Part shown: positions 58,891 through 64,000 of the stretch, piece by piece
Layout of the letters: every line of letters starts with the position of its first letter
Position numbering within the stretch: position 1 is the stretch's first letter
Origin: Thalia democratica
Taxonomy: Eukaryota
NCBI GenBank assembly: GCA_965202585.1
Contig: OZ241827.1
Span: 32,860,001 to 32,924,000 of the forward strand
Reading direction: 5' to 3'
DNA: 64,000 nt
Made by a program: the position numbers and the translations under genes
The notes under the pieces: generated by a model
What the model was told of the DNA's origin: nothing
The model's input: only the letters and a program-made list of their open reading frames with translations
Databases searched by the model: none

Positions 58891-60509
58891 CTTGTCTTAT
58901 AATGTTAATAAATATTTTAGTTGTTATTTTATCATATTCAGTAGATAAATTATTTTCCCTTCTAAACAAAACAAGTCTGTTTTAAATATTTAAGTTGCAT
59001 TTTTGCAAAAAAAAAAGCTATCGGTAATAACGTTTTTATGTTTACAAAGAAAATTCAATAAGCTAACATTTTAAAATCTAAACTTTTTGATGTTTATTGA
59101 CTGTCTTAAATTTATTAGAAAACTCTTAGAACAGTTGATAACATCTTAGTTCTAATAATACTGAAAAATTTATGTAAGATAAATTAAAAAAATAATTTTT
59201 TTTGCATATGTGACTTTTTTTTTTGCACACAGCCATGTGAAAAGCGTATTTTACCAAAAAAAGATGCAAAATAATGAAAAAATTGTTTTCCGATTTTTTT
59301 AATAGTTTGTAGTATATTTACACTCAATTAAAGACTGTTTTCAGTTTAGTTTTTCAATCTTAATTAAATTTTTTTTTTCAAGAATTAAGTAAAATTTAAA
59401 GTTGAATATTTTAGCTTTCTATACTTACCCCTACAAAACAAGTAGAATTACAATTTTCAGATTAAACTTAAAGTTTTTAATAAACTCATTATAGCTTAGT
59501 TAAAAAGTTTATTTTGTAAATAGAACTGAATGTTTTCTGTTCCTATTGTAATGAAGTATATAAATCTAAAAATGTTTTATAAAACTTAAATGCTTAAAAT
59601 TATGAAAACATAATACAAGATCAATAATAGCAAACGAAATTCAAGATATTTTTGACACCTTGCTACTTAAAATAAGCTACTAACTTAATGGAACCAAGCA
59701 TAAGTTGCTAAGCTTGTTCTGACCAAAAGATTTTTGTTTACTTTAATTCATAAAACATTTAATTACCTTGCTTAAGGTATTGTTTGTTAACAATATTTTA
59801 AAACAAAAAGTTCGAACAAAGCAAGTTTCCTGGAATATATTAACAACAATACTAAACTAATTTATTTATTTTATGTATCTAACAACACTTGTCGAGCTTA
59901 TATTAATGATGTACATCGACAAAGTTTTAATGATTGTTTTATAGTTTTGAGTTATTAAAATAACATACTTACATTAATTCATATATTCTTAGAAAAGTAT
60001 AGTAAGATTAGCCTGAAAGGATAAGTAGTTGTTGTAACATTTACTTAAGAAATTTATAACCCGTAACTACACTGAATCACACGGTGTCATCGAATTTTCA
60101 TATACCTTATAACTAACAACATAAACTACAGCTGGTTTGATTATTTTGAATCCACAAACAAACAAAAAATTGATCAACTACTTTTACAGTTTAGATTACT
60201 TTAAAGTATTCTTTATAATTAAAAATCATAAATATAACTAAATTTGATGGTTCTAAAACTACTCAATCATCTACTTTATTGAATTGTTTTTGTCTAAATA
60301 AACCCAATTCTAAACAAATACATTATTGTTAATGTTTAAGTTATAATGATAATAATAATTATTGTTTATTCTTAGGTTAGTATCACATAAAATAGAAAGA
60401 AACTTAAAACACTTGTATTTATACAAAATTATTATTATAAAATAAGAGTATCATGAAGGAATATTTTTAGGTTCGGACATGAATAATATAAAATTTACAG
60501 TCTGAGTAT

Positions 60510-60605
60510 TTGTAATTGAACGATTAAAGAAAACCACTCAAAAGGTTTGTTCTAAGGAATTTGTATACAAAAGATTTTTTCGGTTATTGAGTCGAACACT
60601 ACAGT
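60510..60605 (-). repeat. Dispersed structured repeat, copy 4 (diverged)
   Basis: TTTCGGTTATTGAGTCGAACACTACAG plus upstream AGAAAACCACTCAAAAG align with copies 2 and 3. Confidence 0.65.
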
Positions 60606-61180
60606 AAATAAAATATTCAGAAGTTTTAGTTTAAAGTTTAATACACTTTTTAAAATTAATAAACTTAAATTTTTTAATAAAGTACTGAAAAAATTGCGTG
60701 AAACTAAAAATAATAAAGTAAATGGTTTATTAAAAGATTTTCAAAGATGCTTTTTATGTTATGGGGACATATATAAAAAATGTTACTTTTTGTACAAATT
60801 TTTTTAAAAGTTTATATCGAGATGTACACAACTACTTTTAAACTTTCGTTAACGCGTGTAAACTATATGTAAATAGTTTAGAGTTTGGATTTGTAAGATT
60901 AGTCTGAAATTTTTTGGTACGGATTGTTCTCTTTAAAAAAAAAATGTTCTTAAATTATACAGAACCTTATTCAAATTACAACATTATGTTTCAACATATT
61001 ATTGTTATAAAAAACAACATTGTTTTATATTAACCTGTTAGAGATAAAACTTTAAGTATCTGAGTCAGTTTGAAAATGCATAATGAGTTAAAAGTTAATA
61101 ATGTTATTCGTCGTTTAAAGGTTTAAACTAGTTTTTTTTTTATATTAAGTTGCGTGGTGCAACTTGAAAAGTTCCGCGTT

Positions 61181-61590
61181 TTAAAGAAAACTTCTCTGCT
61201 TCGCCTTGACCATCTGTAATCCGGCCTGCAATAATGCGTCACCCATGCTCCCATTTCTTCATATTTCGCATTTTCTCAACGCTTGCCTTCGACCACGGCA
61301 AATGTTGTCCATAACAGTCACAATATCATGAGACTTAACTTTTAAAAGCTGAATGGAGCACAACCTTCCACTTGCACCTTCTCTCAAACTTTTCTATGCT
61401 TCTCTTTGTTTACGAGGTCTAAAATTACAGCTTCAAAGTTGTTCACAGTGAAATTAAGTATCAGCTTTTTGCGATCTACATGTGCCTCCATAAGAAGTTC
61501 TATCTGTTTATTGGATTTTTCAGATGCGCCGATCCACCCAATTGTCTCGTCAATTCGTTTCTTTATTTGGTTTAGAATACCCGAAGACTT
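61181..61590 (-). pseudogene. Frameshifted coding relic with BEN-domain-like signature
   Basis: About 135 codons readable after removing one base in the T run at 61390-61393 and passing one TGA at 61259-61261: FEAVILDLVNKEKHRKFERRCKWKVVLHSAFKVKSHDIVTVMDNICRGRRQ. GC-richer than the flanks. Confidence 0.4.
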
Positions 61591-61721
61591 TTAATCGGTA
61601 GACTTATTAATTTCTATGTATTGTAATGCAAACGCAGTTATAAAAATTTATTTAGTGTTTGTTCTTACGCTATTCTTTTCAAAGTAGGTTTAGGGTATAA
61701 ATTTTGCACCAATGTCATAAA

Positions 61722-61880
61722 GAAACTTATGTCCTGGAAAAGACATTAAATTGTATCTGTAGAGTATGACTCGGTAACCAAAAAAATTTTCGGTACACCA
61801 GGTCCTTAGACGAAACTTTTTGAGCGGTTTTCTGTCGTTTATACTTTAAGTACATATAGATATTTTAAATTCTTAGTTAC
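61722..61880 (+). repeat. Dispersed structured repeat, copy 3 (diverged)
   Basis: TGTCCTGGA...TTAAATTGTATCTG...GACTCGGTAACC...CACCAGGTCCTTAGACGAAAC...TGAGC aligns with copy 1. Confidence 0.7.
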
Positions 61881-62061
61881 AATTCTATTGAATAAGTTTA
61901 TTTTTTAATGGTGTTCTCAATTTGAAATAATAAACAAAAAAATAAATATCTCTTTCTACTTTCATTTGATAAGGATGAAGCTGTTTGTGCAGTTTTACAA
62001 GATGTAAGTAAAACATTTTATAGTGTGGATAGAGATACTTAAAAAAAAAAACTAGAATGCT

Positions 62062-62960
62062 ATGATACAAGGAAAAAACATAAGTTTGTTGTTAAAATCA
62101 TATTTAACTGAAAGAAATCAGTTTGTGAGTTTTGGAGGATTTGTTTTAACTTGTGAAGACATTGATGTTGGTGTGCCACAAGGCTCAGTTTTAGGACCTC
62201 TGTTATTTCTAATAAATATCAATGACTTTAACAACACAAGCTCAAAAATTGTAATTTCATTCAGATGACTTACTACTATATACGAATTTTAAACAAAACC
62301 CACAAGTACGGGAATTTCTGCAAACTTAAATTGAAACTTTTTCAAATTTCATACTGACTTATTGTAACAGTCTCAAGTTAAATGTTGACAAAATAAGATG
62401 CTTGGTTTTAATTCAAAAAGAAAAAAAAAAATATTATAATAGAAATAGGTAAAACAATTAAAAAAAAGGAAAACATATACTACTACATTTTAATAGATAA
62501 TTATATTAAATGGACGGAATATATGAAAACATTAAAAAAAAGAAATACAGTTGGTGTTGTTTATAAAACGAAATAAATTTTAAATGAAAGTATTTGATAT
62601 TCAACTCTTTTTTTTTGAGTCAAGATACGGTCTTTTATGCTAAGGCATAGCAAATAAAACTAGACTCAATGAATTCAATGAATTTATAAAAAAAGCTATT
62701 AAGTTTATTAATTTTAAAAATAATGATGAAAGCGTAAAAGTTTTGAAAATAACAAAAAATGTATTTGATGTTGAAAACCTGTTTAAATATGAGCTAGGTG
62801 TTTTTATGTGTAAACCTGCACAAAACTATTCAACTGTTGATTTAAAAACATAGATAAAGTACATAACCATTCGACAAGATTTAAAAAAAAAATCTTATGG
62901 ACATAAGTCTTTAGTGTATCAGGGTAGTAAAATGACGACTAATATGCTATATGACTGAAA
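62062..62960 (+). mobile_element. 5'-truncated, decayed non-LTR retrotransposon RT fragment (CR1/L2-like)
   Basis: SYLTERNQFV...GVPQGSVLGPLLFLININDF, then shifted SDD (ADD-like) and LKLNVDK motifs. Confidence 0.85.
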
Positions 62961-64000
62961 AGATCAGGCTAGTTTTGTAAGGTACCAAGTCGATCTGAAC
63001 TAGTTTTTACTAAAAGAATATTTGAATGATTAAACTTTAGATAGGTTAAAATGAGATACTACTACCTTAAGTTTTAGGATTATAACGATAATTACTACAT
63101 GTAGGCATAGTCTTTGCTAACTATATAAAATAAGTTTTTATGACATTAATCCAGTCTAGACTGTGGCAAAAACTAATATACTTTAGCTATATACAGTTTA
63201 ACAAAATTTATTTTATATATATATACATTCACAAAGTCTTCAATATGATTGCTGTAAAAACTTAAAACATTTAAATTGTCAACTACTTCATCGTTAAAAA
63301 TTAAATACGTTTGCTAGCTTTCTATTTATTTTCTTATTTTAAAATTTTATTGTAGTAAACAGATTTAGTATGTTGTTTTGCTGTTTTCTTTCGTAGTTTT
63401 TTTAAATATAGTCTAGTATACAACAATTTAAAACAAATCAATAAGCCTAAGTTATTCTTCTAAGAAACATTTATTCTACAACTAAAATATCATTTATTTA
63501 TATTACTTCATGATGAATTATTCTGAGTAAAATGTCATATTGTTTTTAGTAGTCATTTAATATGTCTTTTGCTCTTTTATATATCTATTTTTGTAAAACT
63601 ACGAATTCTTAATGCTAAAAGTTGTAATTTTCGTTAATCTTATAACACAAAATGGATAAGTTATGTAGTTAGTATGTAGCTCAAGAGGTCTTTAAGGTCT
63701 TTTTATACATTATACCATTCGACCAAAGTTTTTAAGCGTTGATTTTTCTATCGTGTTCAATAAACTAATAGTACTGTATAAATATTTTTTATTACACTAG
63801 CTAAGCTACCGAATCACTTTTCTAAATTTAAAACTGTTTTTATATTTGCCATAAGTTCGGTTTAAAGTTTTTGCTTTTCTTTGAAACTCATAAAAAATAA
63901 CTGTAGAACATTTTTTAAAATTAATAAAAATATAGTATTATTTAAATGTTAGTTTCTTGGATAAAATGATACTTTTGTCAGTTTGATATTTTTTTGAAAT

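Noticed and set aside
61882-61896. ATTCTATTGAATAAG, one base short of the Ciona spliced-leader sequence
   Set aside because: No donor or Sm site follows and no retrocopy ORF; plausible by chance in AT-rich DNA.
1-64000. tRNA, rRNA, snRNA genes and CRISPR arrays
   Set aside because: No cloverleaf, rRNA-like GC-rich tract or regularly spaced direct repeats were seen by eye; tRNAscan-SE and Infernal were not run.

Overview
AT-rich eukaryotic DNA with spliceosomal introns, most likely from an invertebrate animal; the species cannot be fixed from the sequence. (1) A TET-family 5-methylcytosine dioxygenase gene lies on the + strand. I assembled 16 coding exons from 3349 to 28075 with consistent phases (5331 nt, 1776 aa). 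All Fe/2OG/Zn ligands are present, no CXXC domain is visible, and 8 of 15 splice donors begin GTT. (2) A single-exon ORF (ATG 54066 to 56330, +) encodes a PARP-type ADP-ribosyltransferase with an H-Y-E triad. Its unusual architecture is a ~430 aa Q/N-rich region, a possible chromo-like segment, a Cys cluster, then the catalytic domain, with no WGR/HD/BRCT. (3) Between the genes are several decayed Penelope-like retroelements, MITE-like elements, a ~140 bp structured repeat found in five copies, and a minimal hammerhead-ribozyme core at 52212. (4) A frameshifted BEN-like ORF relic and a LINE RT fragment lie near the right end. CpG is retained across TET but strongly depleted around 48-52 kb, suggesting mosaic methylation. 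No rRNA, tRNA or CRISPR array was seen. Comparisons to human TET2/PARP1 residues are from memory and by eye, not from computed alignments.
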